Positions 44,423 to 58,134 of a stretch of DNA of 64,000 bases are shown here, one piece after another. The stretch is from assembly GCF_009914755.1 (NCBI RefSeq), contig NC_060929.1, one strand, 5' to 3'. How positions within the stretch are numbered: the first letter of the stretch is position 1; the number at the start of each line of letters is the position of its first letter. A program made the translations under genes and the position numbers. The notes beneath the pieces were generated by a model, which saw nothing but the letters and a program-made list of their open reading frames with translations, was not told the DNA's origin and searched no databases. This stretch comes from the human T2T-CHM13v2.0 reference genome, Homo sapiens.

Positions 44423-46064
44423 AAAAGATAGAGGTCATAGAAGTCAGAATTGTGGTTACATTTGGGGGAACGTAATAACTAGGAAAAGCAACAACTCACC
44501 TGATTATTCACTGTGAAGTTGACCACAGCATTTAGCATAGGGAAGAAGCAAGTGGAACTATAGAGAAGTACCCACACCTGACTCTACCTCCCCATCACAC
44601 CATGGAGGCCACTGGCAAATTTCTCAGAGCATCAGATCAATCTACAGCCTCCCAAGTTGGGAAAACCAAAGCAGGTAAAATCAACTGTCCAATAGCTGCT
44701 GGACAGTTCAGATAAAAGCCTTTAGAAATCTTCTGATTCCTATAACTTTTGTATTTAAATGGTAGGGGAAAAAGTAAACTAAAACAATCTAACCCAAATA
44801 GAGTATTTTTAATGTCAACTAAAAGAATCTGTCCAGCCCAACTCCACCTTCATATTCAGAAAAGTGAATGAAATTGCCTGATGCACATAAGAGTATTGAT
44901 TTTGGAACAATAATTAAAATCTAATGGAGTTAATCAGTTTCACACAAAACTATAAATTTCATCCAAAGACATGATAAACTGTTGAATATCTGCTCATCTC
45001 AACATTTTAAAATTCAGATTTCAGTTTCTGACAATGTTATTCATTTTAACTGAGAAATAGTCACACTATCTAAAGTCCTGGACATTTTATTCTAAGAAGG
45101 GGAGGGAAAAGAGAATCATTTCGGTTCTTTATGGGGGTCAAATTATACATCAAACAAAGTATGAAGTTCCTTCGCCAGATACATTTCATAAAGTTAAATG
45201 GTTCTTTCAAGATTATGCTGACAATAGAATCTTCAGTCTTTGTTATAATATAGTCTATGACCTCACTAATAAGGATAATAATGTATCATCAAAAAATGCT
45301 GTTAATTGAAAACTGTAAGTCTAATTAACCAGGGATGTGACCATGCATAACATATTATTAATAGAATGAAAAGATTGCATTACACCAACTGATACCCAGA
45401 AAAAACTACAAGGACAGTCCCACAGTTCAAAGACTCCTCACATCCATTTTGGCAAAAGTTACTGATGATATTTTCCTTTCATTAAACTGTAGACTTCATA
45501 GCAAAATGACTTAAAACCAGAAGAAGAAAGTAGAGCCAGATTTAAAAGATGGGTCACAGGGCAGCTGCTAGAGATATAATCTATAAAGGGCCCTTAAACA
45601 CGGCTGGAAGACATCAGAAATATGGTGCCAATTAACTCATGTTTCCACATGAAACTCTTTACGTAATGGGTAAAATGTAAATCGGTTCCACTCCCAGTGA
45701 ATTAGACAGTTCTAATGAAAAATATAAATACTTTGTCCTAGTGCTCACCTCTTTCCATTGAATATTTTGTGATGTACATATGCACAGTCAGGAAACTTGG
45801 GGACAACTACAATTCCTTGCACCAAACCTGAAAACAGCCAGCTGATTGTCACCTAAAGTTAGCAGTTACGGCCAAGCAAAATTTCAACACTAAAAGAACA
45901 TACGATGCACAACTGTCGACAAAAAAAAAAGTAGATTTTATTATCTAAATTTTAAATTCTATGCTTCCTAAGAAGTTGATTATAAAGGTGGGGAAAAGCC
46001 TTTTTAAAAACCTAACAAATAAACTGCATTACCGGAAAGTAGAATGCATTTTGCCAGCATTAAG

Positions 46065-46760
46065 AGAGTACCCAGATCAAGATGGCATATTGAGAGCATG
46101 TGAAAACCTCCCCTTTCCAGCAGCTAGCACTTAAAATGATAGATTAAAGACAATGGATATAGGTATAGATGTAGAAAGTATGTATAGGTATAGATGTATA
46201 AACATACGTGTGTAGTTGAAGACAAGAAAAAAATCTCCATGGATTAGAAATAGAAAGGAACTCAGTAATAATGAATACTTAAGTCTAATGGCTCAAAGGA
46301 ATCTGGGTCTACCTATGGGAGGTTGAGACCAGGGCCTTAATGGTCTGATGGAATTGCTAGCAAACAAAGCTGATACAAGTCACATGACTCAAAATCAGGT
46401 TCTGCAATTAAAGCTAGGAGCCAGATAGGAGCTTCTTGTCCAAAAATAGTTCTGCCTATCCGCCTGCGGTTGTAGCTGGGGAAGAAGCAGAATCTCCTGC
46501 AGGACACAGAACTCAGGTCTATCCCATGTAAAGTACATAGCCCATGCTCACACCAGCAGCACAAAGATCCCACAATAAGCAACCAACAGAAGAGCCATCC
46601 CATGTGACTGGGATGAAAGGGGTTTAGGCACTTACATCCAAGGTGGTTCTGTCCACTGAGCTAGAACTAACTGATTTTTTTAAACAAACAACACAGTTTT
46701 AAAAAGCTGAAGAATGAGACAAAAGTTTCAGAACATGAGGAAACCAAAAGAGTCATGTAA
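46065..46760 (+). mobile_element. Possible old L1ME/HAL1 5' region
   Basis: Begins CAAGATGGC like old L1 5' ends; the rest is highly degenerate. Confidence 0.35.
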
Positions 46761-46777
46761 AAGTAGTTCGGTTGTCC

Positions 46778-48562
46778 TTTATTCTTTTTTTAACTTTTAA
46801 GTTTGGGAGTAAATGTGAATGTTTGTTATATAAACAAAACTCTAGTCACAAGGGTTTGTTGTACAGATTATTTCATCACAAGTATTAAGCCAAGTAACCG
46901 ATAGTTATTTTTTCTGCTCCTCTCCCTCCTTCACCATCAAATAGACTCCAGTGTCTGTTGTTCCCTTCTTTGTGTTCTGGAGTTCATCCCACTTATAAGT
47001 GAGAACATGTGGTATTTGGTTTTCTGTTCCTGCATTAGTTTGCTGAGGATAATGGCCTCCAGCTCCATCCATGTTCCCGCGAAAGACGTGATCTCATTCT
47101 TTATGGTTGCATAGTATTCAATGGTGTGTATGTGCCACATTTTCTTTATCCAGTCTGTCACTGATGGACATTTAGGTTGATTCCATGTGTTTGCTATAGT
47201 GAATAGTGCTGCAATGAACATTCGCATGCATGTGTCTTTATGGTGGAATGATTTCTGTTCCTCCTGGTATACATCCAGTAATGGGATGGCTGGGTTGAAT
47301 GGCAGCTCTGCAATTAGCTCTTTGAGGAATCGCCACACTGCTTTCCACAATAGTTGAACTAATTTGCACTCCCAACAACGTGTAAGTGTTCCCTTTTCTC
47401 CATAACCTTGCCAGCATCTGTTATTTTTTGACTTTTTAATAGTCATTGTGACTGGTGAGAGATGGTATCTCATGGTTTTGATTTGCATCTCTCTAATGAT
47501 CGGCAATACTGAGTTTTCATATGCTTTTGGACACCTGTATGTCTTCTTTGGAGAAGTGTCTGTGTCCTTTGCCCACTTTTTAATGGAGTTCTCTCGTAAA
47601 TTTATGTTCCTTATAGACACTCAATATTAGACCTTTGTCAGATGCATAGTTTGCAAATATTTTCTCCCATTCTGTAGGTTGTCTCTTTACTCTGTTGACA
47701 GTTTTTGATGTGCAGAAGCTCATAAGTTTAACTAGATCTCATTTGTTAATTTTTGCTTTTGTTGTGATTGTTTTTGGTGTTTTTATCATGAAATCTTTGC
47801 CCACTCCTATGTCCAAGATGGTATTGCCTAGGTTATCTTCCAGGGTTTTTATAGTTTTGGGTTTTACATTTAAGTTTTTTATCCACCTTGAGCTGATTTT
47901 TGTTTATGATACAAGGAAAGGAAACAGCTTCAATCTTCTGCACATGGCTAGCCAGTTATTCCAGCACCATTTATGGAATAGGAGTCTTTTCCCCACTGCT
48001 TGCTTCTGTCGGCTTTGTCGAAGATCAGTTGATCCTAGGTATGTGGCCTTGTTTCTGGGTCTCTATTCTATTCCATTGGTTGATGTGCCTATTTTTGTCC
48101 AAGTACCATGCTGTTTTGATTGCTGTAGCCACGTAGTATAGTTTGAAGTTGGGTAACATGATGGCTCCAGCTTTGCTTTTTGCTTAGGATTGCCTTGGCT
48201 ATTCAGGCTCTTTTTTTGGTTCCATGTGAATTTTAAAATATTTTTTTCTAGTTCTGTGAAGAATGTTGGTGGTTTGATAGGAACAGCATTGAATCTGTAA
48301 ATTGTTTTTGGAAATATGGCCATTTTAATAATATTGATTCTTCCTATCCATAAGTGTGGGATATTTTTCCATTTGTTTGTGTCATCTGCTTTCTTTGAGC
48401 AGTGTTTTGTAATTCTCTTTGTAGAGATCTTTCACCTACCTGGTTAGCTGTATTCCTAGGTATTTCATCATTTGTGGAAATTGTGAATGGGATTGCCTTC
48501 CTGATTTGGCACTCAGCTTAGCTATTGTTGGTGTATAGGAATGGTAGTGGTTTTCGTACATT
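46778..48562 (-). mobile_element. 5'-truncated L1PA (about L1PA15/16), ~1.8 kb
   Basis: 227-aa minus-strand ORF2 C-terminal ORF (46937-47620, CWQGYGEKGTLTRCWEC); 3' UTR GTTTGTTGTACAGATTATTTCATCAC. Confidence 0.93.
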
Positions 48563-49189
48563 CAAGGACCTTGAACACACTTATTTTCAGTCCAACACCA
48601 ACTACTATCTCTATTTTACCTTAATAGGTAAGCATTTTTTTGCCTCAAATAAATCTCTCCCATTGGCTGAGCAAAATAACACATTAAGAAGTAGATTATT
48701 TCAAAAGCTCTTTGATCAAACGTTTAAAGGATTGAAGCCTCCCAACTCTTCCCATACATTTTCCTGTGGGAAGAAAATAGATGTTAACACTATGCTACCT
48801 AGTTATGTGTAATTTCAGTCATGATTGAAAGGCAGTTCTGAAATAAGTTAAAATATTATATTTAGTCCACATACCAAATCTCATTTTCAATATATGGAAA
48901 AAAATTATATAACTTTCAATAAAATGTAATTTGTTGATATTCATAATAAAGAATACTAGGGTACCCTAGGCACCAGGTATATCCCTGGCTAACAATTTTA
49001 TTCCTCTTGATTGTTTTGATCCACTTATCTCTGCTAAGATGCAGGAAAAATAATTCTTCTCTTTAAATTGTCCATTGAAATTGTTTTCTTATTTAATATA
49101 AGACTGATTTTTGGTAAAATCCCCTTTATAATATGCATAATAAATTTGCATATTAGATTGCAGCCACAGAAAACAGAGGAAAACCGTAC

Positions 49190-49248
49190 CTGAAAGTTCA
49201 AACTTCTGCAATTAGCAAGGCCAAGATTCTGTCAAGATTATTATTGTC
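49190..49248 (-). other. Candidate small exon (~59 nt), non-coding
   Basis: Acceptor TTTTACATTTTAAGTAGTAG|GAC; donor CAG|GTACGG; stops in all three frames. Confidence 0.2.
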
Positions 49249-50365
49249 CTACTACTTAAAATGTAAAACCACTGTTGCTTAATCTATCTTCACTACTGTT
49301 CTCACATCCTATCCCTCTTAATTACTAAAGTTGTTAATTTCAAGGTCAGAGTACCTGAAGATGAACTGCATTAAAGTATAACTACTATTTCCACATGTGA
49401 ACTGTCATATGTAAGAAGAATTCAAAACTGTTTCAAGTCATGAATATTATCATTCTTTGTGAAAAATTCTTCCCTGGGACAAATTTTTCTACTCTACAAA
49501 ACAGATTTAGATACAGAGAATAAAATGAATTTCCTATCATTGTACAATGAGGTAGCAGTGAAACAAATAGATATAAAAGCTCAAATCTTTTGCACAATTG
49601 TCTCGATAAGTTGGACACAATATTAGTACAGAGATTTATTTTAATGTCCTATAGAATATAGAGGACATATTTTAAACTAAACAAAAAAATTCAAAAAATG
49701 AAGAGGCTTTCCAATTTCTTATGTAAAACAACATCAGTGGAAGAGCCCAGCAAAAAAGAGTTTTCCATATCATGAAGAGAAAGGCTGTAATTACATTTTT
49801 ACTTTTGAATAAGCTCTTCTGCCTTTATTGTGTCTGTGCTTCAGTCTAATTGAAAATGAAAAATCTCCAACGTGAAGAAACACAGTGACATCCAGAGCCT
49901 AAGGCTTGATTCACAAAGTAGCTCCACCAGTAATATTTTTGTGGTTTCAGAAAGTGGTAAAACATTTTGACTTGTAGTGTTAAATTTAATTCATGAAGTT
50001 TGGTAGCAATACTTCTGAGGACAGAGAAAAGCCAGTTTTCAATATAACTAGTCCAGAAAAAAAAAAAATACACTGCTGTTGCAGAAATTGCCTACTCAAA
50101 ATTTCAAAGTATGGGCTTTAGGGTTCTGAAACAGAGGAAGATATACATGGTTTATTATATATCACAGATTGCAAAAATATCATAAAGGTTTCCTAGGGTT
50201 AATACAGCTATCCAAAAAACAACAAAACAACAGAACAAAATACAAAAGATGTTTTCCATTTTTGTTCTCTTGGCTTTTATAATAGGATTCCAGTTTTTCT
50301 AGTTGTCCAACAATATGAAATACATTTAAAAACTTAGAAATTAGACTGTTTTCCACAGAAATGAT

Positions 50366-50655
50366 TTTTTTTTTTAAGACAGAGTCTTGCTCTATCGCCC
50401 AGGCTAGAGTCCACTGGCACAATCTTGGGCTCACTGCAACCTCTGCCTCCCAGGTTCAAGCGATTCTCTTGCCTCAGCCTCCCAAACAGCTGAGATTACA
50501 GGCACCCGCCACTGCGCCCAGCTAATTTTTGTATTTTTAGTAGAGACGGGGTTTCACCATCTTAGCCAGGCTGGTCTCAAACTCCTGACCTCGGGATCCA
50601 CCCACCTCAGCCTCCCAAAGTATTGGGATTACAGGTGTGAGCTACTGCGCCAAAC
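50366..50655 (-). mobile_element. AluS (Sg-like)
   Basis: Full dimer; TSD CAGAAATGAT at 50356-50365 and 50656-50665. Confidence 0.93.
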
Positions 50656-51449
50656 CAGAAATGATATTTTTTAAGACAATGAGAGAGAGAAGGAGAAGTC
50701 TTGGTTTGTGAGTATATACTTATATATGATTTGGGCGAGGGGGGAACACCAGGTATAACACAAACCACTTACAAAGATCAAGCCACATTTTTCACTGGTA
50801 TCCAGCCATGTGTCAGAGTACTGGCCCATTTGAGACTGTTATGCCCATTGAGTATAAAGTTTCCCCCAACGAAAGTATTAAATGCCCCATGTTTTTTAGC
50901 ATTGTATTCATATTAGAAGAAAAAACATTAGAAATATTAGAAAGTTGAATATTCAAGTGAGGACTTCAAAGAATTTATAGAGTTTGCATTATAAAATGTA
51001 ACACCTGTAATAACATGCTTTAATCATACATTAAGATCATAATTTAAATAAAATTCTCCAGTTATTTTTAAAATAGTGTAATTTCCCCCTTTGAATATCT
51101 GATTCCAAAACCTATTTTACCTTAGTTATAAATCAAGAAAGGCTATCCCTTTTTATTTTATTCAATATAAACATTGTTCTACATTCTCAGAAGCACAGAA
51201 AACATTTCCATTTATTAATCGTTTCTAATTTTCAATCAATGGAAATAGCACCTGTCAGAAAGCTCTCTTGCTGCCACTATCCCCAAATTCCTTATTTTTT
51301 TCTAGTTCCCTAGATTTGATATACAGCAGTTACTGGCAACTTAATTCTATTATGTAGTAAATATTAAAAATATGATGTTTCATCACATAAGTTTGCAATG
51401 GCAAAATCCTGATTAAAGCATATATTTTATTACACAAATAGAAATTTAA

Positions 51450-52535
51450 ACATTGGAAAACTGGAAGAAGTTATAAAAGAAATAGCCAACAGTAGTTTTT
51501 CATGTTAAATTTTTTCAAACCTTTAAAATTTTAATCTATTTATACATTTCCATGTCAAAAGAAAACTTCTCAAATGAACATAAGAATGATATAAAACTTA
51601 ATACAGCATAAAAGTAAACTATAATTGTTTTATGACTTTATATGCACAGAGGCTAAATAAAATATTAGCATATAGACCCAAGGAGTTTTACTAAAAGAAT
51701 ATTATGCCATAACCAAATAAGTTTCTTATCAAGAATAAAAGACGTTTAATATTAGAAGACTATTAAAGGCAGTATTTGTAGATGGTATGATTGTATATGT
51801 GAAAATGCAGATATTCTTTTCAAAAGCTACATATTAACATATGAAACTAAACTGATTACAAAATCAATCACATAAAAAGCATGTTTTCTACATAGAAAAA
51901 GTAAGATGTAATGGAAAAAGGACTTTCAGAAAGAAAAAACAGGTATAAGTTAAATGGGTAGGAACTGTATTTTTAAAAATGGCTTAATTGGGAGTGAGGG
52001 CACATAAAAAGTCTTACAAGGAAAGACTTATTTTTAGGAGGGATTAAGGGATTAGGAAATCTGAAATTAATCTAAGTTTCAATGTAATATAACCGAAATT
52101 CCTGGAGAAATTTTCTTTTCTTCCTGCCTTTCTACTTTTTATTTCATTTTTCAACTTCATGAGAATATCATCCTAAAGTTTACTTGGAAGACTAAAGATT
52201 TAAAAATGGCCAGGTAAAAGACTAATGCATAATGTATGTATAATGTAAACTATGTATAATGACAAGGAATTAGCCTTGCCAAATATAAATATATAAAACT
52301 ACAGTAAATAAAATATGACTTTCCACAAGAGAAAGATGGAGCCATGAAACAGAATTTTAAAAAGACCCTGGTATGACTGTTCATTTATTATCTGATAAAA
52401 GATATGTTTCCTTTAGAAAAGACTAGACAACAAATAGTGTTAAGATAACTTATTTGAAAGGGAAAAAAATTGTAAGCTAGACAGCTACCTCGCTATTTAG
52501 TTTAAGATAATTCCAAAGAGATCACACACTTGAGA
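51450..52535 (+). mobile_element. Highly degraded old L1M ORF2 fragments
   Basis: TATTTGTAGATGGTATGATTGTATAT (FADDMI.Y relic); CCTAAAGTTTACTTGGAAG; AAAACTACAGTAA. Confidence 0.65.
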
Positions 52536-52549
52536 TGTTCTCAAAAAAG

Positions 52550-52730
52550 AGAAGTACCAAGGTCAATGCCACAATACACTGTCTTATTTTCAGAAGTCAC
52601 ACACTGACATTTCTACCATATTCTAGAAGCAAATCACTAAGTCTTGCCCATACTCAAGGGAAAATAAATTAGGCTCCACCTTTTGAAAAAAATATGTCGA
52701 AGAATTTGCACACATTTTTTAGTCACTATA
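52550..52730 (-). mobile_element. MLT1 (F/G/H-like) LTR fragment
   Basis: TAGAAGCAAATCACTAAGTC...CCCATACTCAAGGG...AATTAGGCTCCACCTTTTGAA. Confidence 0.75.
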
Positions 52731-52774
52731 GGAAAAGCTTAAGTATTCATTAACAAAGGACTGGTTGAAGTTTA

Positions 52775-53038
52775 GCAATTGTCTCTAAACATTTCTAATA
52801 GCATACCCCCCTTCAGCTAAAAAAAAATTGAACTGAAACCTAGTATGAAAATATAAACATTTTTAATTATATGCCCATGCACTTGACTAATATAATGTGT
52901 GTTATAAAACATACAAATTTTTAAAGTTTTAAATGAGATAAAAAATAAACATGAGTGGAAGATCTGTATTTTCTTCCCACACCCTAATGAATTATCTGAA
53001 GACCCCTGAGGTGAGTGTACTCAGTTAAGAGATTACTG
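52775..53038. mobile_element. MER112-like hAT-Charlie element
   Basis: GTCTCTAAAC...ACTAATATAATGTGTGTTATAAAACATACA...TATTTTCTTCCCACACCC...GAGATTACTG. Confidence 0.7.
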
Positions 53039-53039
53039 A

Positions 53040-54112
53040 AATATATGCAGCCATTAAAAAAGCAAAATACTGAACAATATGTGTAAGCATATCCCGTCTT
53101 TGTAAAGAAAACACACATATATGCTTTTACACACCCATAAAATTTATATTCTACTATAAAAGAAACTCCGAGGGATAGTTATCTTAGGGAAAGGGTCAAG
53201 CTGGTGATGAGAAAAGCAAAATTTTATCTATCTTTTTATTCCCTTCTATAACTTTTGAATCTCATATGCATGTTTTCATTTTTATAATCATATATTTTCT
53301 TTTGTTCAAAGAAAATAAATGCAACAATACAAAAATAAAAACAATCCAATAAAAAATGAGCAAAGAATATGGAAAGATAGTTCTCAGAAAAAGTGAGTAA
53401 AAATACTTTGTAAACATTTAAAACATTCAACCTCACAAGAGTAACATAAATTAAAACTAGGTAGAGATACCATCTTTAACTTATCAAATTGGCAAACACC
53501 CTAAAGTTTGAGAACGCACTGTCTTAGCAGGAGGAAATATCACTTTCATTCACTGCTGCTAAGATGGTAAATGGATATAACCTTTGTGGAAGGCCATTTG
53601 GCAATATCTACCAAATTAAAAATGTATGTACTCTTTGACCCAGCAATTCCACTTCTAGAAATTTATCCTACAGATATATGCAAATAACATATGGTCAGGG
53701 TTATTTATTGCAGTATAGTAAATAATAGTGGAAATTGATGTCAACCTAAATGTCCTTTAATAAGAGTCAAGTAAAATAAATTATGGTAAATCCGGTCCAT
53801 TTAGTATGTTGCAGCTATTAAAGTAAATAAGAGCCTCTTTACATGCATGTTTATGAGTTCAAAGACACATTATTAAACTTTAAACAGCAAGGGCAGAACA
53901 TCGTATAGTATGCTACCACTGGTTTAAAAAGGAGGAGGATATATTTATATTTGCTTGTATATACATAAAATTACTAAAAGGAGACAAAAGAATATAATTG
54001 CCAGTGGAAGGCAAAACCAGATGTCTGGGACAGACTGGGTGGTGGACGTTTCACTATGTATACTTCTGTAACTTTTGATGTTCGACCTATGTTAATGTAT
54101 TAATTAAATTAG
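53040..54112 (+). mobile_element. L1ME-type 3' fragments
   Basis: AACAATCCAATAAAAAATGAGCAAAGAATATG...CTTTGACCCAGCAATTCCACTTCTAGAAATTTATCCTACAGA. Confidence 0.8.
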
Positions 54113-54121
54113 ATAGTATAA

Positions 54122-54325
54122 AATAATGATACTGGCTAATACTTAAGAGTAACTTGCCCTGTGCTAGACACTCTACTGCTTTACATATTACTTAATTCAT
54201 ATATTTTACAGATGAGGACACTGAGGCCCAGGAAGGCTAAGAACCAGCTGAAGTCCTCCCAGAAGTAAGGGATGGAACTGAAATATTACCCCAGGTGGTC
54301 CAAGTCAGATGCATTGCCACCTGGC
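54122..54325 (-). mobile_element. MIR fragment
   Basis: ATTTTACAGATGAGGACACTGAGGCCCAG. Confidence 0.8.
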
Positions 54326-56269
54326 AACTAAACATTAATAATGCCACTTGTTAGGAGACACAGTTGCGACTATTCACTCTTGACAGTCAAAATAATTATA
54401 ACAAAAGTAATTTTTCCAGTGACATTATCTTATAAGACTTCACAGATGACATTCAAACGGAACCACCAGAGATGTATTAGATCAGTAATCAGGAGATATG
54501 GATGTTAACCAGCTCTACGTTTTCTTTTAAAATCCAAACCTATCACATAACTTAAGTTGCCTGGATTATCACAAGTCTTCCAGCATTTTGGGGTCACCCT
54601 TCTCTTTAAAGCCAAGTCAAATGGTTTGTGTATGCACCTCAGATCATAAGAGGATCTCACTCACTTTTCCCTATTCCAAAGGCCATATTTCTAATGCATT
54701 TAGGACAGCAGGGGACAGGGTTGTTTCCCGTCTGCTCCTAAATCAGGCCACCAGAAAGCCACTTCTGGACTGTTGCCATACATCTACGCATGCTGTATTC
54801 TCAGCCTTCATCCCTTACTGATGGTCACTGCCATGGGCTTGGGAACTGGCCCCCTCTTCCCTTATCCTACCCAAGCACCGTTAACACAGTAACAGACCAT
54901 TTCAGGTACCGACAAGAATATATAAAACAAGACAGAAAGGACTTCACGTCAATGAAGGTAGGCCTTATTTTCTATACAGTATTTGAATCTTGCTTTGCCA
55001 CATTGTGGAGGAGGAAGACAATGCCTCTGTTTAACAAGAGGCGAAACTCTACTTGTTCCCCCTTTTCCAAATCCACTGCTAACAATAAAACTCCCTTTGT
55101 AAAAGACACAGAAATTTGTAGTTATAGGAGAGGTTTAAACCATATTAGTTTTGGTTCAGTCTCAGAAGGTATTTCTCTATAGGCTCCAAATAGTTAAATG
55201 TTCAAGAAGTTGACTATCTGGGAGAGTTCATGAGCCTTCTTTTATTCAATCACCAAGGCTAAAAGTCATAAGCTCAATAAAGAAAACAGAAAACAACTTC
55301 TGTTTTTCCTAATTGAAACATCTCTGTAATAGCTGAAAGCAAAGCCTTCAAGTTTCCATATGATATAAAATTCTTTTATCAACAATGTGACAACGAACAA
55401 GAAAATTTATACATCCCAGGGGCAAGACAGTGAAAATATGTTACAGTACTGACGACCTGTGCACATAGTTACAAATTGCTGGTGATTTTTAAAAACAGAT
55501 TTAGAAATAAATCTCAAATTGGCCAAATCAGTTCCTAAATGTTAACAGGACATAGTGGATATCTTTTCCAGAATTAAAACTGTCTCAAGTCCTGTGTTAA
55601 CAATGGTAGGAACAATTTCATTGTATCAGAACAATCCATAGTTTGTCTCTCAAAATCATTTTAAAAGACCACAGTGGAGGTTAAAGGGCAAAATAGTTGC
55701 CTACATGATCTTTCCTGATATTAGCAGTCCCTGGGATTACCTCCAGCACTCGCTACTCTTCTGTATTACCTCTCCAGATAACTCTAATGGCAAGTAATCC
55801 AAATGCTAGTACTGCTCTCTGTTGGCATTTGTACCCACCATTCCTTGGAAGCTGGCATTCTCCATGACTTGAACAGATGAAAAGATACTTATGTCAAGAA
55901 AACTGCTGGCTCTGTTTTTCCTACTTCAGGGATTCAAAGTACCTATCTTCCTGGGCTCATCACCCCACCTACCCTCCAAGTAGAAGTGCTTAGTGATAGT
56001 TCTCAGAATCCATGGGGCTTTCCTGATATCTTTCAGATGGTTTTAACCCAAACATGGGTACGAAGTTCAGTGTCCTAGCAAAGATGGGCAAGGACAAGGT
56101 CACTTGGAGTCAAATGTGGGGTTAAGATAAAGCCATTGCTTCATCAGCAATAGGAAGCAGTTAGTAAGCTGTCAGTTGAGGGTCAGGATGCTGTGACTGA
56201 GCAGGCAGGGGCTGGCCTCTCTGGCCGCAGAGTGTGTAACTGAGGCAATCAGAATGCTTTTGGAAGAAC

Positions 56270-56505
56270 AAAAGGTAGAACGGTGTCAGGGTTAGACACT
56301 AGAGCAACAGACTGCTTCAGTCTGTTGTCTGCCAGCTGTGTAGACTTTTGTGCTCACCGTTTTCTCAATTAAAGAAGAAGAATACCTAACTCACAAGTTT
56401 TTTTTGGAGCACTAAATGAATTCATACATTTAAGTACTTAGAAAAGTCCCTAACAAAGCAACTACTCAATAAATGTGTTAAGTGTAATTAGCTATCATTA
56501 CATTA
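56270..56505 (+). mobile_element. MIR
   Basis: AATACCTAACTCAC...AAGTACTTAGAAAAGTCCCTAAC...ACTACTCAATAAATG. Confidence 0.75.
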
Positions 56506-57799
56506 CTCTTGGTTCTTTAGATGTCCGGGGCCACACCACAGGACACATTTCCTGGCTCACGTTGACATTCTAAGGGACGAATGCCAAGAGGTCTCTTAGA
56601 TAAGACAGTATGGCCCCTAACTTGGGATCTCACTGAAAGAGGCAGCAGGTGTATGGCAGGGCAGTCAAGGTATCCAACCCAACAGATCAGGTAAGATACA
56701 ACATGGATTTCCTCCTTAGTAACTTCTCTAATTCCATCCTAGATGTTTTTTTAAGAATGAGGAGATTCACCAGTTTTCTAACTGTGGTGGCCATTCTCTT
56801 TGCCCTCATTATCTAGGTAAGCAGCTCGGATGGATGGGATAAAAATGCCACACACTCCTCATTAAGTCAGCTCATGATGCCAGTAGATTCCCTCCTTCGG
56901 TGAACTTCAGTGTTCGCTTCCGAAGCCTGGCTGAGCAGCAGGGTCAAAGCCCCTTCTTAATAGGTACTAGAGAGGCTGCAATCTGGTTATTCCTTGTCAC
57001 TCTCTGTAGATCATGGGGCACTCAGTGCCAACTGTCCTCTGCATTGGGTTTTTAGACCAAAATTATAAGACAATAGGAAATGTCAATTTAACATCCCTGC
57101 TTACATTCATGTTTGTTTGGGCCTGGTGACTTCTTTACCTGGGAATGCATTTGGAAACTTCAAGTCACCTGCAAAATGTCAGTAAAACTACATACAGTGA
57201 AAGAAAGAACCTTGAAGAGTCCATTTTGATGTCAGACAGCATGGGAAATCGTATAGCATTGAGTCTTAACAATGGCCCTTGATCAAATTTAACCAAAGGC
57301 AAGTTGTCTTGACTCAAAACTTTCCAGAAAGAGAAATAAAATCAACTTAATCCATTTGGGTAGCAAACAGACTTTGGTGTGTTTTTTTTGTTTTTGTTTT
57401 TTTGTTTTTTCATATCCTACAGAATATTTTTTAAGCAAAAAAAATGTTTAAAGGAATAGGGCTAATCCTAGGTCAATTTTAAATAAATTCTGTTTTGTCC
57501 AAAAGCAGTGCCAAGTTCACATCAAGCACAAGAAAACCAGAGTAAACACCAGACAGTTGAAAGTGTGATTGTCTCTGCCCTTGAAGGCCACATGGTACTG
57601 AGTAGCAGCCATAAAAGCTCTGTGAAAAGTAAATTCAGTCAGAACGCAGACACCCCCCTCCTCTAATGGAGACAGACCAAGGAGAGATGGAGGATTTGCT
57701 TTTGACTTGGGATAGGATTTTTATTCTACCACACACAAGGCAGTAAGACAGTGATCAAGACTGACACCTCCTTAGGATTTTAAAATATACCCAAGCCCC

Positions 57800-57932
57800 A
57801 GAGGTGGCATGGGTGGGGGGAAAGCAAGGGAAGGAATGAGGAGATGTTGGTCGAAGGGTACAAAGTTTCAGACAGACAGGAGCAGTCATTTTGAGATTTG
57901 TCGCCCTGCAGGATGACTATCGTCAAGTAAAG
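57800..57932 (+). mobile_element. L1MA (about MA6-8) 3' UTR, part 1
   Basis: GGAATGAGGAGATGTTGGTCGAAGGGTACAAAGTTTCAG...GATGACTATCGT. Confidence 0.75.
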
Positions 57933-57984
57933 AACTTGCTCGCACGCATGAAATTTCAAGCTAGACATTGGGTTTTTTGGAACA

Positions 57985-58118
57985 GTTTCTTTCCTTGCCA
58001 GGTCAATATCCTTATATAAGTTACTTAAACTTCTCTAAGCCTCTATAAAAAACAGTTAATAATAATCCTCCTGCATAGAGTTGTGAGGATTAAATGTCTT
58101 CATGCATGGGGAACATTT
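57985..58118 (+). mobile_element. MIR fragment
   Basis: AAGTTACTTAAACTTCTCTAAGCCTC...CATAGAGTTGTGAGGATTAAATG. Confidence 0.8.
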
Positions 58119-58134
58119 AAAATGTATATTTCAA

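Noticed and set aside
46937-47620. Longest ORF in the window (227 aa)
   Set aside because: It is the L1 ORF2 C-terminus inside a truncated L1PA and has no independent gene context.
54790-55182. 130-aa plus-strand ORF and a possible small exon at about 54907-54957
   Set aside because: No recognisable domain and a weak pyrimidine tract; consistent with chance.
56893-56926. Hairpin containing CAGTGT, considered as an iron-responsive element
   Set aside because: The bases flanking CAGTGT do not form the required 5-bp upper stem with a C bulge.
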